This document shows, piece by piece, positions 1-9,347 of a DNA stretch of 41,054 bases. Where the stretch lies: sequence record SRR22947727_2720. One strand, 5' to 3'. Below the pieces are notes generated by a model, which ran no database searches, was not told the DNA's origin, and worked only from the letters and a program-made list of their open reading frames with translations. Position 1 is the first letter of the stretch, and each line of letters begins with the position of its first letter. The position numbers and the translations under genes were made by a program.

Positions 1-297
1 TTCTGTGGAGATGCTTGCAGAAACGAATTTCACAATACCCAAAACTCACCCTACAATTCACTGGTGAGAAATACCAACAGACGTCTCAAAAAAAATTATC
101 GCATTTTAGCAGAAGTTACTTTAGTTGGTGGAAAAGGAAGAATCACAAAAAGTAATTTAATCCACAAAGGGTTCTTCTTTGACCTTTTTACATCTATTTA
201 TAAAACCCAGAAAGGGAATGACTATTATTTTATCTATGATCTGGGGTATTTAAAAATAGCGCCAGATTTGTTTGTGGTGGTGCAAAAATTTAAATGA
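1..297 (+). CDS. Conserved Flavobacteria hypothetical protein, probable N-terminal Zn-ribbon; 5'-truncated by the window edge
   Basis: Frame 1 is open from base 1 (FCGDACRNEFHN...LVRNTNRRLKKNYRIL), so the GTG at 64 is internal. CxxxC motif at the start. Confidence 0.7.
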   Translation, partial: FCGDACRNEFHNTQNSPYNSLVRNTNRRLKKNYRILAEVTLVGGKGRITKSNLIHKGFFFDLFTSIYKTQKGNDYYFIYDLGYLKIAPDLFVVVQKFK

Positions 298-301
298 AAC
301 A

Positions 302-420
302 CTTGCATCCAAATAGGAATAAGGGGTCTATACCCAATAAGAATACGGGATATATATTCAAATAAAAATGAGGACTATGCATCCAAATAGGAATAAGGAC
401 TATGCATCTAAATAGAATTC
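302..420. repeat. Degenerate tandem repeat, about 5 units of 24-25 bp (consensus about TGCATCCAAATAGGAATAAGGACTA)
   Basis: TGCATCCAAATAGGAATAAGG occurs exactly at 304 and 378. Degenerate units start at 329, 353 and 403. Confidence 0.85.
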
Positions 421-440
421 ATACTATTGTTCAGCAAAAA

Positions 441-911
441 TTATTGTTTTTTCCACTGTTGGCTACTGAGTTTCAGTGCAGCAATAACAATGTCTTTCCT
501 ACTAATTTGGCCTACCAACTTTCCGTCTTTTAAAACAGGGAGTCTTCTCCTGCTGTTGCTATGAAAAATTGTTGCTGCGTCAAAAATTGAAGCAGAAGCA
601 TCTATAGTCTCCACTTCTTTAGACATAAAAGAAGCCACGCTTTTATCTAATATTGGCAGGTTAAAATACCTGCTTTCAGAAATCTGTTTCATACAATCTG
701 CCTCGGAGACAATGCCCACCAATTCCTTTTTGTCGTTGAGCACAGGACCTCCAGAGATTGGGTATTTGGCAAAACATTCCATAACCTCTAAAATAGACTG
801 AGTAGGTGAAAATGTAATGAGTGAGGTGGTCATATAATCAGATACTAAAATAGCCTCTTTTACACCTTCCTTTTGAACTTGTCTAACGCCTTGAAAACTT
901 TTAATACCCAT
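441..911 (-). CDS. CBS domain pair protein
   Basis: VSDYMT...GGPVLN...LVGIVSEAD and VASFMS...RLPVL..GKLVGQISRKDI tandem CBS motifs. Confidence 0.92.
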   Translation of the reverse strand: MGIKSFQGVRQVQKEGVKEAILVSDYMTTSLITFSPTQSILEVMECFAKYPISGGPVLNDKKELVGIVSEADCMKQISESRYFNLPILDKSVASFMSKEVETIDASASIFDAATIFHSNSRRRLPVLKDGKLVGQISRKDIVIAALKLSSQQWKKQ

Positions 912-1088
912 AATGCAACCCTTTAATAATCAGTTTAATATAGTTAAAAAATAATTCCTTCGCAATTTTATTTAAGCAATTCATCTAAAGGTCGGGGCCA
1001 AAAAAACAAAATCACTTCTGCCTTAAACCAATAGAATAAGTGGTATTTTTAAAAAATATTTAAAACTCATTTCTTAAAAATACCTGGT

Positions 1089-1898
1089 ATGAATACCTCA
1101 AAAGAGACACGAAAGGTATTGGGAATTATTGGTTGCGGGTGGCTGGGAAGTGCCGTAGCACAGTATTTTATTCAGCACAACTGGTTGGTTAAGGGCACCC
1201 GAAGGTCATTAGAAAAAATGGGTGGTTTAGAAACACTGGGTATTAAGCCTTTTAAATTTGAACTAGGCGCAGCAGCTTTGTCACACGATTTTACTAAAAA
1301 CCTAGACCTGCTTCTAATCAGTGTTCCGCCACAACTCAGGACAGGTGAAAATGACGCCTTCATAGACCATATGAAATCCCTGTCTAAAGACCTTTTAAAA
1401 GTACTGCCCAAAAATTGCCAAGTCATTTACACCTCATCTACAGGAGTTTATCCCAATAGCGGAGGTCCTTATTCTGAGCTAAGTCAGTGGACCGCAGACA
1501 CAGATCGGGCACAAAAACTTTTAGCCGCAGAAAAAATTATAGCTACACTACCCCACAAAAAAACCACCATCAGGCTCGCTGGCCTAGTAGGGGCAGACAG
1601 AGAGCCCACAAGGTCTTTAAGTGGCAGAACCGCTATTTCAGGAGGAAATAAAGCAGCCAACCTAATTCACCAACAAGACGCGGTAAAATTAATTTGGTTC
1701 CTATCTCAAGTAGCAGATCCTCCTACTTTGGTCAATGGGGTATTTCCGCAAAAAATCAAAAAAGCAGATTTCTACAACAATAAAGCGCTACAATTAAATA
1801 TACCACCACCCATTTTTATGGAAGCAGCGCAGCCTATAGACCGCTTAATTCAATCAAAAGTTTTTTTAGGATTTACTTATGACAAAGCCCTATTATAA
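1089..1898 (+). CDS. NAD(P)-dependent epimerase/dehydratase, atypical SDR (YeeZ-like)
   Basis: IIGCGWLG Rossmann motif, YTSSTGVY, RLAGLVG, NLIHQQD. Confidence 0.85.
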   Translation: MNTSKETRKVLGIIGCGWLGSAVAQYFIQHNWLVKGTRRSLEKMGGLETLGIKPFKFELGAAALSHDFTKNLDLLLISVPPQLRTGENDAFIDHMKSLSKDLLKVLPKNCQVIYTSSTGVYPNSGGPYSELSQWTADTDRAQKLLAAEKIIATLPHKKTTIRLAGLVGADREPTRSLSGRTAISGGNKAANLIHQQDAVKLIWFLSQVADPPTLVNGVFPQKIKKADFYNNKALQLNIPPPIFMEAAQPIDRLIQSKVFLGFTYDKALL

Positions 1899-1960
1899 AT
1901 TGAAAAAAAATAGTTAGTTTTAGTCCCTAATCCTATTAGAAACAACCTAACAACAATTTC

Positions 1961-2662
1961 ATGAAAAATTTACTAGTCCTTCTTTTGATCCTTTCTGGAG
2001 TCTCTTTAAAAGCCCAGGAAAAATCTGCATTGGAAAATCACTACAAAGCATTTTATAAACAAATGCGCACCCAAGGAGATATTAACGGAATTATTCAAGC
2101 CTTAACGCACTTAAATGTAATAGCGCCAAATACCGCTAGAAGAGACACCTTAGCCTATATATACAGTAGCAACAACCAACACATGCAAGCTTTAAATTTA
2201 TTGGGTATTGAACGCTTGGGGGAAGACTCAGATTTAGCCGTCCAAGTAAAAGCCATCTCTTTAAAAGCCATTGAGCAACCCAAAAGAGCCCTTGAGCATT
2301 TTGAAGAATTGGCCAAAAGAAACCCCAGTGCTTATTTGTTATATGAGTTATCTGACTTAAAAATAGTCACAGGAGATAACAGTGGTGCAATGGTTACGAT
2401 AAAGGAAGGACAAGCCATGACAAAGGCAGACATGAAATACGCTTTTTACGAAAGGCAACAGCCCTATGAGGTAGCCTTAAAATCTGCTTTTTTCCACTTA
2501 GAGGCACTGGTGATTTACAACACAGATAAAGAGAGAATTAAAGAAGCCATAGCTTTAATAGATAGGGCCTTAGTGTTATCTCCAAACTTTAATTTAGCCA
2601 GTCTGAGCAAGCAAGCCCTTGAATCTAGATTGGTTGTTCCAGAAGAAACGCCTAAAGACTAA
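1961..2662 (+). CDS. Secreted helical/TPR-like hypothetical protein
   Basis: Signal peptide ending LKA-Q and TPR-like helices (AIALIDRALVLSPNF). Confidence 0.7.
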   Translation: MKNLLVLLLILSGVSLKAQEKSALENHYKAFYKQMRTQGDINGIIQALTHLNVIAPNTARRDTLAYIYSSNNQHMQALNLLGIERLGEDSDLAVQVKAISLKAIEQPKRALEHFEELAKRNPSAYLLYELSDLKIVTGDNSGAMVTIKEGQAMTKADMKYAFYERQQPYEVALKSAFFHLEALVIYNTDKERIKEAIALIDRALVLSPNFNLASLSKQALESRLVVPEETPKD

Positions 2663-2711
2663 GCTAAGTACCGTCATAAGGAACGAATTAAAAGACATGG
2701 TTTAAACCAAC

Positions 2712-2773
2712 ACAAGAGATTAAAACCGCTCTTAAATTTAAGACAAGAGACAAAGACCTCTCTTAAATTCTAA
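2712..2773. repeat. Two tandem 31-bp units, each an AAGAG...CTCTT hairpin; possible bidirectional terminator
   Basis: ACAAGAGATTAAAACCGCTCTTAAATT at 2712 and ACAAGAGACAAAGACCTCTCTTAAATT at 2743, between convergent genes. Confidence 0.6.
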
Positions 2774-2784
2774 CCCAAAATTAT

Positions 2785-3318
2785 TTACTGCTTTAAGCCC
2801 TTGAGACGCATGATTGAAATGCTATCTTGGGCTTTTTTTAATTCCAATAACTTGGAAACCTGGTCATTAGGCACTGCGATAGACAACACATAATGGGCTA
2901 TTTTCCACTGACCGTCTTCAAGTTCCAACACCCCAGATCCCCTACAAATTCCCATTTGAGTGTCCAGTAATTCGTCAAACCAAACGGCGCTGTCATTGTG
3001 ATAAATATGCCGTTCTAAGGAAGTAAAAGACCAGGCCTTGCCCGCATTAAAATAGGGCTTTGAAAAGGACTTAAACGCCTTATTCTCCCAATGTTCACCA
3101 GCATCTGTACCCACAAAAACACCTTCTTTGGTCATGAGGGAAAAGTACTGATCAAAATCTGCATCGGCGGCAGCCAAATGCCAAGCGTCTATTACTTTAG
3201 AAGCCGTTTGAACCACTGTAGGCGCTGAAGTTAATGTTGCAGTTCCTTGGGCAGAAACCCCTATGGAAAGGCAAAAAATAGCCATGGTCAAATAAGTTGG
3301 AAAGCTACAATTATTCAT
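2785..3318 (-). CDS. Secreted SnoaL-like/NTF2-family protein
   Basis: IDAWHLAAADADFDQYF, FVGTDAGEHW, VWFDELLDTQMGICRGSGVL, WKIAHYVLS. Start 3318 chosen because ATGAATAA overlaps the upstream stop; the track gives 3330. Confidence 0.85.
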   Translation of the reverse strand: MNNCSFPTYLTMAIFCLSIGVSAQGTATLTSAPTVVQTASKVIDAWHLAAADADFDQYFSLMTKEGVFVGTDAGEHWENKAFKSFSKPYFNAGKAWSFTSLERHIYHNDSAVWFDELLDTQMGICRGSGVLELEDGQWKIAHYVLSIAVPNDQVSKLLELKKAQDSISIMRLKGLKQ

Positions 3319-3802
3319 CTTTAAAATCATTTAAATTCACTGGCGCAACAGTATGTCTGTTGAGTTGTTCTTTTAAGGCATTATATGCAGCAATAGTTTC
3401 AAGGGTGGCTGCCTTAGGGTCTTGTGATTGGTTTATTAACGCTTGGGTCTTTAGCAAATAAGTGCGTAGCAACCGCTGCCTGCTTTTCACCTCTGGAGTA
3501 TTAAAATCTTCCGGGTAACCATCTTTGAGAATAGCGCCCTCTTTTTCAATTAATTCAGCAACCAACATTTTTAAATCAGGCAATGAAATCACTGATTTTA
3601 AAGCGCCCATTCTCTGGTCAAGGGCGTCAAAAGAAGGCCATTCATTTACAATAGAGTCAGACGTAACAGACAAAGGACTAAATTCCGGCAAATCTGAATA
3701 ATCTAAGGACAAATTGGTCCCCATTTCTTCTTGTTTGTCTACTTGCTTTTCACCGCAGGAAAACAGCCCCATTAAGGCTAAAAAAATGACTGTTTTTTTC
3801 AT
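3311..3802 (-). CDS. Hypothetical lipoprotein
   Basis: Lipobox LFSC after MKK and a hydrophobic stretch. Confidence 0.75.
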   Translation of the reverse strand: MKKTVIFLALMGLFSCGEKQVDKQEEMGTNLSLDYSDLPEFSPLSVTSDSIVNEWPSFDALDQRMGALKSVISLPDLKMLVAELIEKEGAILKDGYPEDFNTPEVKSRQRLLRTYLLKTQALINQSQDPKAATLETIAAYNALKEQLNRHTVAPVNLNDFKDE

Positions 3803-3806
3803 CTGT

Positions 3807-3840
3807 GAAAGATACGCAAATTAATAAAAGGGTATCTTTA
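3807..3840. promoter_or_regulatory. Back-to-back divergent Bacteroidota -7 promoter boxes
   Basis: TATCTTTC on minus (3814-3807) and TATCTTTA on plus (3833-3840), each one mismatch from TAnnTTTG. Confidence 0.5.
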
Positions 3841-3862
3841 CTCCGCTTTAAAATAATACAAT

Positions 3863-4804
3863 ATGCACCATAAAATACTTATTCTAGGGGCCTGCGGGCA
3901 AATTGGTACAGAACTCACCATAGCATTAAGAGAACAACATGGAGTAGATAATGTAGTGGCCAGTGACATTAGGGCTACCGATGACGCTGTGATGAATGCT
4001 GGGCCCTTTGAAATTTTAGATGCAACGGACTTAAAAGCCTTAGAAGACGTGATCATGCACTATGAAATTGAGACTGTTTATTTAATGGCCGCCATGTTAA
4101 GTGGCACTGCAGAGAAATTCCCTATGAAAGCTTGGTCCCTCAATATGGATACCTTGTTTCATGTATTAAATTTGGCAAAAGACAAAAAAATATCAAAAAT
4201 ATTCTGGCCTTCAAGTATTGCCGTCTTTGGGCCAGATACACCCAAAGAAAACACCCCACAGCAGTGTATTATGGCACCCAGTAGCGTATATGGAATGAGC
4301 AAATTAGCAGGAGAAGGTTGGTGCCAATACTACCACCTTAAATATGGAGTAGACGTCAGGTCTCTGAGGTATCCGGGACTGATTAGTTGGAAAACTCAGC
4401 CTGGAGGTGGGACCACAGATTATGCCGTAGATATTTTTCACAAAGCCATAGAAGACGGTGCCTATGAAAGTTTTTTATCTCCAGAAACTACGCTGCCAAT
4501 GATGTATATGGAAGACGCCATTCGCGCCACATTATCTATCATGGAAAGTGAATCTAGTACCCTAAAAAAAGGCATGGCTTACAATGTGAGCGCTATGAGT
4601 TTTAACCCTCAAGAATTGGCTCATGCCATTAGAAAACAGCGGCCTGAATTTCAAATCAGTTACGCGCCAGACTTTAGACAATCCATTGCAGACAGCTGGC
4701 CAGACAGCGTCTCAGATATAGAGGCCCAAAAAGATTGGCAATGGAAACCTCAATTTTACTTGGAAGACATGGTAAAAGACATGTTGCTGCACTTGAACCG
4801 TTAA
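3863..4804 (+). CDS. L-threonine 3-dehydrogenase (SDR/epimerase family)
   Basis: ILILGACGQIG, FWPSSIAVFG, YGMSK (YxxxK), PGGGTTDYAV, LPMMYMED, RQSIADSWP: signatures of SDR-type threonine dehydrogenase. Confidence 0.88.
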   Translation: MHHKILILGACGQIGTELTIALREQHGVDNVVASDIRATDDAVMNAGPFEILDATDLKALEDVIMHYEIETVYLMAAMLSGTAEKFPMKAWSLNMDTLFHVLNLAKDKKISKIFWPSSIAVFGPDTPKENTPQQCIMAPSSVYGMSKLAGEGWCQYYHLKYGVDVRSLRYPGLISWKTQPGGGTTDYAVDIFHKAIEDGAYESFLSPETTLPMMYMEDAIRATLSIMESESSTLKKGMAYNVSAMSFNPQELAHAIRKQRPEFQISYAPDFRQSIADSWPDSVSDIEAQKDWQWKPQFYLEDMVKDMLLHLNR

Positions 4805-4917
4805 AACGCTTAAAAATCACCACAATAAATGGGTTTTAAGCCCGGGTTAGATCAGTGTATTAAAGCTTAGAAAGACAACTTACAATTAAAGTGCTCAAAG
4901 TCAGTTCCATAAACCCA

Positions 4918-6300
4918 CTACATAGCAAACGCAGACTTAAACTTAAGCTTCTTTTCAATGGCCGTGATTAAGGTATTGGCAATGTCTTTCCCCGTAGCGT
5001 TTTCAATGCCTTCTAAACCAGGGGAGGAATTCACCTCCAACAACAAAGGCCCTTTATTGGAGCGAATAATATCTACCCCAGCAACTGCCAAGTTGAGTAC
5101 TTTACTCGCCTTAATGGCTAGTTTTTTCTCTTCTGGGGTAATTTTTACAATAGAAGCCTTTCCACCTTGGTGAATATTGGCCCTAAATTCTCCTTTTTCT
5201 GCCTGTCTTTGAATAGAAGCCACTACCCTGCCATCTACCACAAAACAACGAATGTCTTGGCCATTGGCTTCTTTAATAAATTCTTGAACCAGTATGTTGG
5301 TTTGTACACTTTTAAAAGCATTAATAACACTTTCTGCCGCCTTATTGGTCTCTGCCAAAACAACCCCTTTTCCTTGGGTACTCTCTAAAAGCTTAATGAT
5401 TAAAGGAGCCCCATTAACCATTCTAATAAGGTCTTTGGTGTCTAGAGGAGACTTGGCAAAACCAGTGATGGGAATGTGAATGTCAAACTTGGCAAACAAT
5501 TGAGAGGCAAACAATTTGTCCCTAGATTGTGTAATGGCCTCAGCTGTATTTAAACAGAACACCCCTAAGTTGTCAAACTGTCTAATTAGGGCGCATCCAT
5601 AAAAAGTCACCGCAGGCTTTATTCTAGGAATAATAGCGTCAAATTCATTGAGAATATTCCCGCCCCTATATCTAATTTCAGGAGAGTTGGCGTCTAACTT
5701 CATATAAGAGTGTTCCACATTTAGAAACACCATTTCGTGTCCTCTAGCCTCACCAGCCTCCATAATTCGCTTGTTGGAATACAGGTTTGGATTACTGGCT
5801 AAAAGGGCTATTTTTAGGCCTGTTTTAGCCTTCACATAAGGGGCGTACTTGGCACTCACCTCTTCTTCTGAAAACTCTTTTTGCAAAAAGGAATCTGCAG
5901 GATTTACCATATAACGGCCATTTAAAGCCTCTCTTCCCAGCAGCATTCTAAACTCCATGGTATCTCTATTGGCTAAGGTCAACTCAATATCAAAAGTGTC
6001 TGCGCCAATAGTTACAGGTGTTTTAATCACAAAACGTTCCTCTGCTATTCCTGAAGAACTTCTGACCGTTCTCCTGTCTACTAGTTTAGCTTCGCATTGT
6101 ATGTTAATACTCCTGTTGTCTTGAATGGGGTTAATTTCAAATTTCACATACTCTTGTCCCCCACGACCAACTACTTTGGCGTTGGCTGCCTGAATGGAAG
6201 ATGTTTTAGCGCCAGAGTCTACCCTAGCTTTGATGGCTGGAATACCCAAGGTTCCAAATACACACCACTCTTCACTTCCAATTACATTTAAATCTTGCAT
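4918..6300 (-). CDS. rimK: RimK alpha-L-glutamate ligase fused to an N-terminal retropepsin-like (RimB-type) protease domain
   Basis: N-terminus [26 protein letters not shown]-terminal ATP-grasp: [49 protein letters not shown]. Confidence 0.92.
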   Translation of the reverse strand: MQDLNVIGSEEWCVFGTLGIPAIKARVDSGAKTSSIQAANAKVVGRGGQEYVKFEINPIQDNRSINIQCEAKLVDRRTVRSSSGIAEERFVIKTPVTIGADTFDIELTLANRDTMEFRMLLGREALNGRYMVNPADSFLQKEFSEEEVSAKYAPYVKAKTGLKIALLASNPNLYSNKRIMEAGEARGHEMVFLNVEHSYMKLDANSPEIRYRGGNILNEFDAIIPRIKPAVTFYGCALIRQFDNLGVFCLNTAEAITQSRDKLFASQLFAKFDIHIPITGFAKSPLDTKDLIRMVNGAPLIIKLLESTQGKGVVLAETNKAAESVINAFKSVQTNILVQEFIKEANGQDIRCFVVDGRVVASIQRQAEKGEFRANIHQGGKASIVKITPEEKKLAIKASKVLNLAVAGVDIIRSNKGPLLLEVNSSPGLEGIENATGKDIANTLITAIEKKLKFKSAFAM

Positions 6301-6348
6301 TTTTTTGTTTTTTTTTGGCCTCCGGCCGATGCCTTAATTCTAAAGCAG

Positions 6349-7137
6349 CTAGAATAATTTTAATAGTCTAATCACAAAAAGATCCACCACCTCTACCAGG
6401 ATTAGAAGGATAATAATCCATTCTAATTTACTGCTCTCTCGGTGCTCCATAATATCTTTAAAGAGCTCCAAGTCTTCTTTAATAATGGCCGTTCTTTCAT
6501 TAATATACCTGTAGCGGTCTTTTAAATCAAAAGTCTGCTTTAAGGCTATATTTAAAGTATTTAAAGATTCATTTTCCCAAGTAATGTCCGGAGAATCAAA
6601 AATATAGAGGTTCTCAGAAATCTGATTCTTAATATTTAATACTTTACCAATAAAGCGTTTCAATTTAATTCCTGAAATATCTAATTTCCCTTTTAATTCA
6701 AGAGATTTAGTGTACTTATTGGTCTCTGCAAGCAACTGATCTGTAATTTCTAAATACTGGTCTAGCGCCACAGACTGGGATGTATTTAACATGACCAATC
6801 TAATGGCTTCTGGATCAAAGTGAGCGAGAGTGACCCGGTCAAAGGCAACTTTTTGCGCTCCTTCTGCCACAAAAACCCGAATGGTTTCCTTTAAATCCTG
6901 CTCCTGCCATGGGGTAGCTTCGGGATTAAGCTGCTCTATAATTGTGTTAATTTCTTGGGTGCTGTGGTTAAAAAAGGCCATTACCCCATATTGAAAAACA
7001 TAGACAAATTTTTCTGTGCCGTTAGACATGAAAAGTTCGTCAGAATCTGTAAATAATATGGGCAATGCGAGTTTTTGCTTGCATTGCCTAATATTAAAAC
7101 TAGGGGCTATTTGAAGGGCTATAACAGAGTACATCAT
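6349..7137 (-). CDS. RMD1/DUF155 (YagE-like) family protein
   Basis: YVFQYGVMAFFN, SQSVALDQY, LYIFDSPDITWE, C-terminal LEWIIILLILVE transmembrane segment. Confidence 0.88.
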   Translation of the reverse strand: MMYSVIALQIAPSFNIRQCKQKLALPILFTDSDELFMSNGTEKFVYVFQYGVMAFFNHSTQEINTIIEQLNPEATPWQEQDLKETIRVFVAEGAQKVAFDRVTLAHFDPEAIRLVMLNTSQSVALDQYLEITDQLLAETNKYTKSLELKGKLDISGIKLKRFIGKVLNIKNQISENLYIFDSPDITWENESLNTLNIALKQTFDLKDRYRYINERTAIIKEDLELFKDIMEHRESSKLEWIIILLILVEVVDLFVIRLLKLF

Positions 7138-7442
7138 TAGTCTTCTGAGGCTTCTTCTAAATCAATATCTGGAATAGCATCTGGATCATTGTCGTCAAAA
7201 TCTTCATAATCATCTTCGTCATAATTAGCCATGGTCTTTTCCAACTTGGCGCTAATCTTCACCAGGTATTTAGTGTCTTCTGTAGACACTTCTACCGCCT
7301 GAATATTTTCTCCTGAAGCATTTTTGAAGCTAATAATATTAAGGTCATCATACCCATCAGGATACTTCTCTACCAAAAGCTTTAATACTTCTGGAGTGAG
7401 TTTTTTAAAATCTACAATGACACGTTTCAATGGCTGTTGCAT
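7137..7442 (-). CDS. Small conserved Bacteroidota hypothetical protein with Asp/Glu-rich C-terminal tail
   Basis: KRVIVDFKKLT...LVEKYPDGY...AVEV.TEDTKYLVKIS followed by YDEDDYEDFDDNDPD...LEEASED. Translationally coupled on both sides. Confidence 0.8.
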   Translation of the reverse strand: MQQPLKRVIVDFKKLTPEVLKLLVEKYPDGYDDLNIISFKNASGENIQAVEVSTEDTKYLVKISAKLEKTMANYDEDDYEDFDDNDPDAIPDIDLEEASED

Positions 7443-7444
7443 GG

Positions 7445-8416
7445 CTATAAATCTAAAAGGTAAGCAAAGATTAATGGAGCTACAATGGTAGCGTCACTCT
7501 CTATAATATACTTAGGGGTGTCTATATCTAATTTACCCCATGTAATTTTCTCGTTGGGTACCGCACCAGAATAAGACCCATAACTTGTGGTAGAATCACT
7601 GATCTGACAAAAATAACTCCAAAATGGCGTGTCTGTTCTTTCCATATCTTGGTAGAGCATAGGCACCACACAAATAGGGAAATCTCCTGCAATCCCTCCA
7701 CCAATTTGGAAGAATCCAATACCGTTTTCAGAATTATCTGTGTACCAATCTGCTAAAAAAGTCATGTATTCAATACCAGATTTTACGGTGCTGGCTTTTA
7801 ATTCGCCTTTGAGCACATAGGAGGCAAAGATATTCCCCATGGTACTGTCTTCCCAACCAGGACAAACAATAGGCAAATTCTTTTCTGCTGCTGCATACAT
7901 CCAAGAGTCTTTTAGATCAATTTCATAGTATTCCTCTAAGACCCCTGAAAGGAGCATTTTATACATAAATTCATGTGGAAAATAACGTTCTCCAGCAGCT
8001 TCTGCATCTTTCCATATTTTGTAAATATGCTTTTGTAGCCTCCTAAAAGCCTCCTCTTCTGGGATACAAGTATCAGTAACCCTATTGAGGCCTTTTTCGA
8101 GTAAATCCCATTCTTGCTGTGGGGTTAAATCCCTGTAATTGGGCACACGCTCATAATGGGAATGGGCCACTAAATTCATAATATCTTCTTCTAAATTGGC
8201 GCCAGTACAAGAAACAATTTGCACTTTATCCTGGCGGATCATTTCAGAAAAAATCTTTCCAATTTCCGCGGTACTCATGGCACCTGCAAGAGACACCAAC
8301 ATCTTAGAACCACCGGCCAATTGGGCTTCGTATCCTTTTGCAGCGTCTACTAATGCCGCTGCATTAAAATGCAAATAATATTTTTCTATAAAATTTGAAA
8401 TAGCTCCTTTACTCAT
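7445..8416 (-). CDS. Deoxyhypusine synthase-like protein, probable homospermidine synthase (SpeY-type)
   Basis: SCTGANLEED, LNRVTD, IGGGIAGDF, SGAVPNEKITWGK (conserved catalytic Lys), ESDATIVAP. Lies downstream of speA/speB. Confidence 0.92.
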   Translation of the reverse strand: MSKGAISNFIEKYYLHFNAAALVDAAKGYEAQLAGGSKMLVSLAGAMSTAEIGKIFSEMIRQDKVQIVSCTGANLEEDIMNLVAHSHYERVPNYRDLTPQQEWDLLEKGLNRVTDTCIPEEEAFRRLQKHIYKIWKDAEAAGERYFPHEFMYKMLLSGVLEEYYEIDLKDSWMYAAAEKNLPIVCPGWEDSTMGNIFASYVLKGELKASTVKSGIEYMTFLADWYTDNSENGIGFFQIGGGIAGDFPICVVPMLYQDMERTDTPFWSYFCQISDSTTSYGSYSGAVPNEKITWGKLDIDTPKYIIESDATIVAPLIFAYLLDL

Positions 8417-9347
8417 CGCTGTCTTGAAATTTAGTGAGGGTATTTTTTTTAACCTGTTCTAGATCGAAAGTATTGTCATATGGATCACTCGCCAAGACCT
8501 GCATGAATTTATAACTTAACATTTTATAATACAACTTTGCCGCTAAAAATTCCGATGGCTTGCTGTTACTATTTGGGCAAAGCTCAACAATGTCAAAACC
8601 CACTACATTTTTTTCTGTAAATACTTCTTTTAAAAATGCTAGGGTTTCATACCACAACAATCCTCCTGGCTCTGGGGTTCCAGTGGCTGGTAGGATAGAA
8701 GGATCAAAAGCATCTAAGTCTAAAGTGATAAATACGTTGTCTGTCATAAGTTCTAAAGCCTTGTCGGACCAATACTCATCCTGAACCATATCATGGGCAA
8801 AAAATGTTTTCTCAGGGTCCATAAAAGATTGCTCTATCTGATCCATTGAACGAATCCCCACCTGAATTAAATTGGTGGTTTGGCTTGCTTCATGAACCGC
8901 ACAAGCGTGGTTACAGCTAGTCCCCTCATAAGAAGCCCTTAAATCTGCATGCGCGTCTATATGAAGCACTGTTAAATTTTCAAAGCTCTCGTTAAAAGCC
9001 CTTATAGTACCTATTGAAATAGAGTGCTCTCCCCCGAAAAGGGTTACGAATTTGTTCTTTTTTATATATGACTTTGTGGCTTTATGAACGGCGTCTACCA
9101 TAGCTTCAGGCGTACTTTTCTCCAATACCGGATCTGCTAAATACACCCCTTGTTGGTACACCTCTGTAGCGGTTTCAATGTCGTATAATTCCATATTTTC
9201 AGAAGCTGCCAAAAAAGCTTCTGGTCCTTTATCTGCTCCTTTTCCCCAAGTACTCGTTCCGTCATAAGGGACTGGAATTAATACTACTTTCGCTGTTTCT
9301 AACTGGGCAAACTCATCTGGAATGCCAGCGTAATTACTCTTGCTCAT
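8409..9347 (-). CDS. speB: Agmatinase / ureohydrolase
   Basis: GGEHS, HIDAHADLR, DLDAFDP, TGTPEPGG, FDIVEL. Confidence 0.95.
   Translation of the reverse strand: MSKSNYAGIPDEFAQLETAKVVLIPVPYDGTSTWGKGADKGPEAFLAASENMELYDIETATEVYQQGVYLADPVLEKSTPEAMVDAVHKATKSYIKKNKFVTLFGGEHSISIGTIRAFNESFENLTVLHIDAHADLRASYEGTSCNHACAVHEASQTTNLIQVGIRSMDQIEQSFMDPEKTFFAHDMVQDEYWSDKALELMTDNVFITLDLDAFDPSILPATGTPEPGGLLWYETLAFLKEVFTEKNVVGFDIVELCPNSNSKPSEFLAAKLYYKMLSYKFMQVLASDPYDNTFDLEQVKKNTLTKFQDSDE

Noticed and set aside
302-420. CRISPR array
   Set aside because: Units are head-to-tail without unique spacers and are degenerate, and no cas genes lie in the window.
7445-8416. True eIF5A/EF-P hypusination system
   Set aside because: No efp or deoxyhypusine hydroxylase gene nearby. 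The speA/speB context favours homospermidine synthesis.
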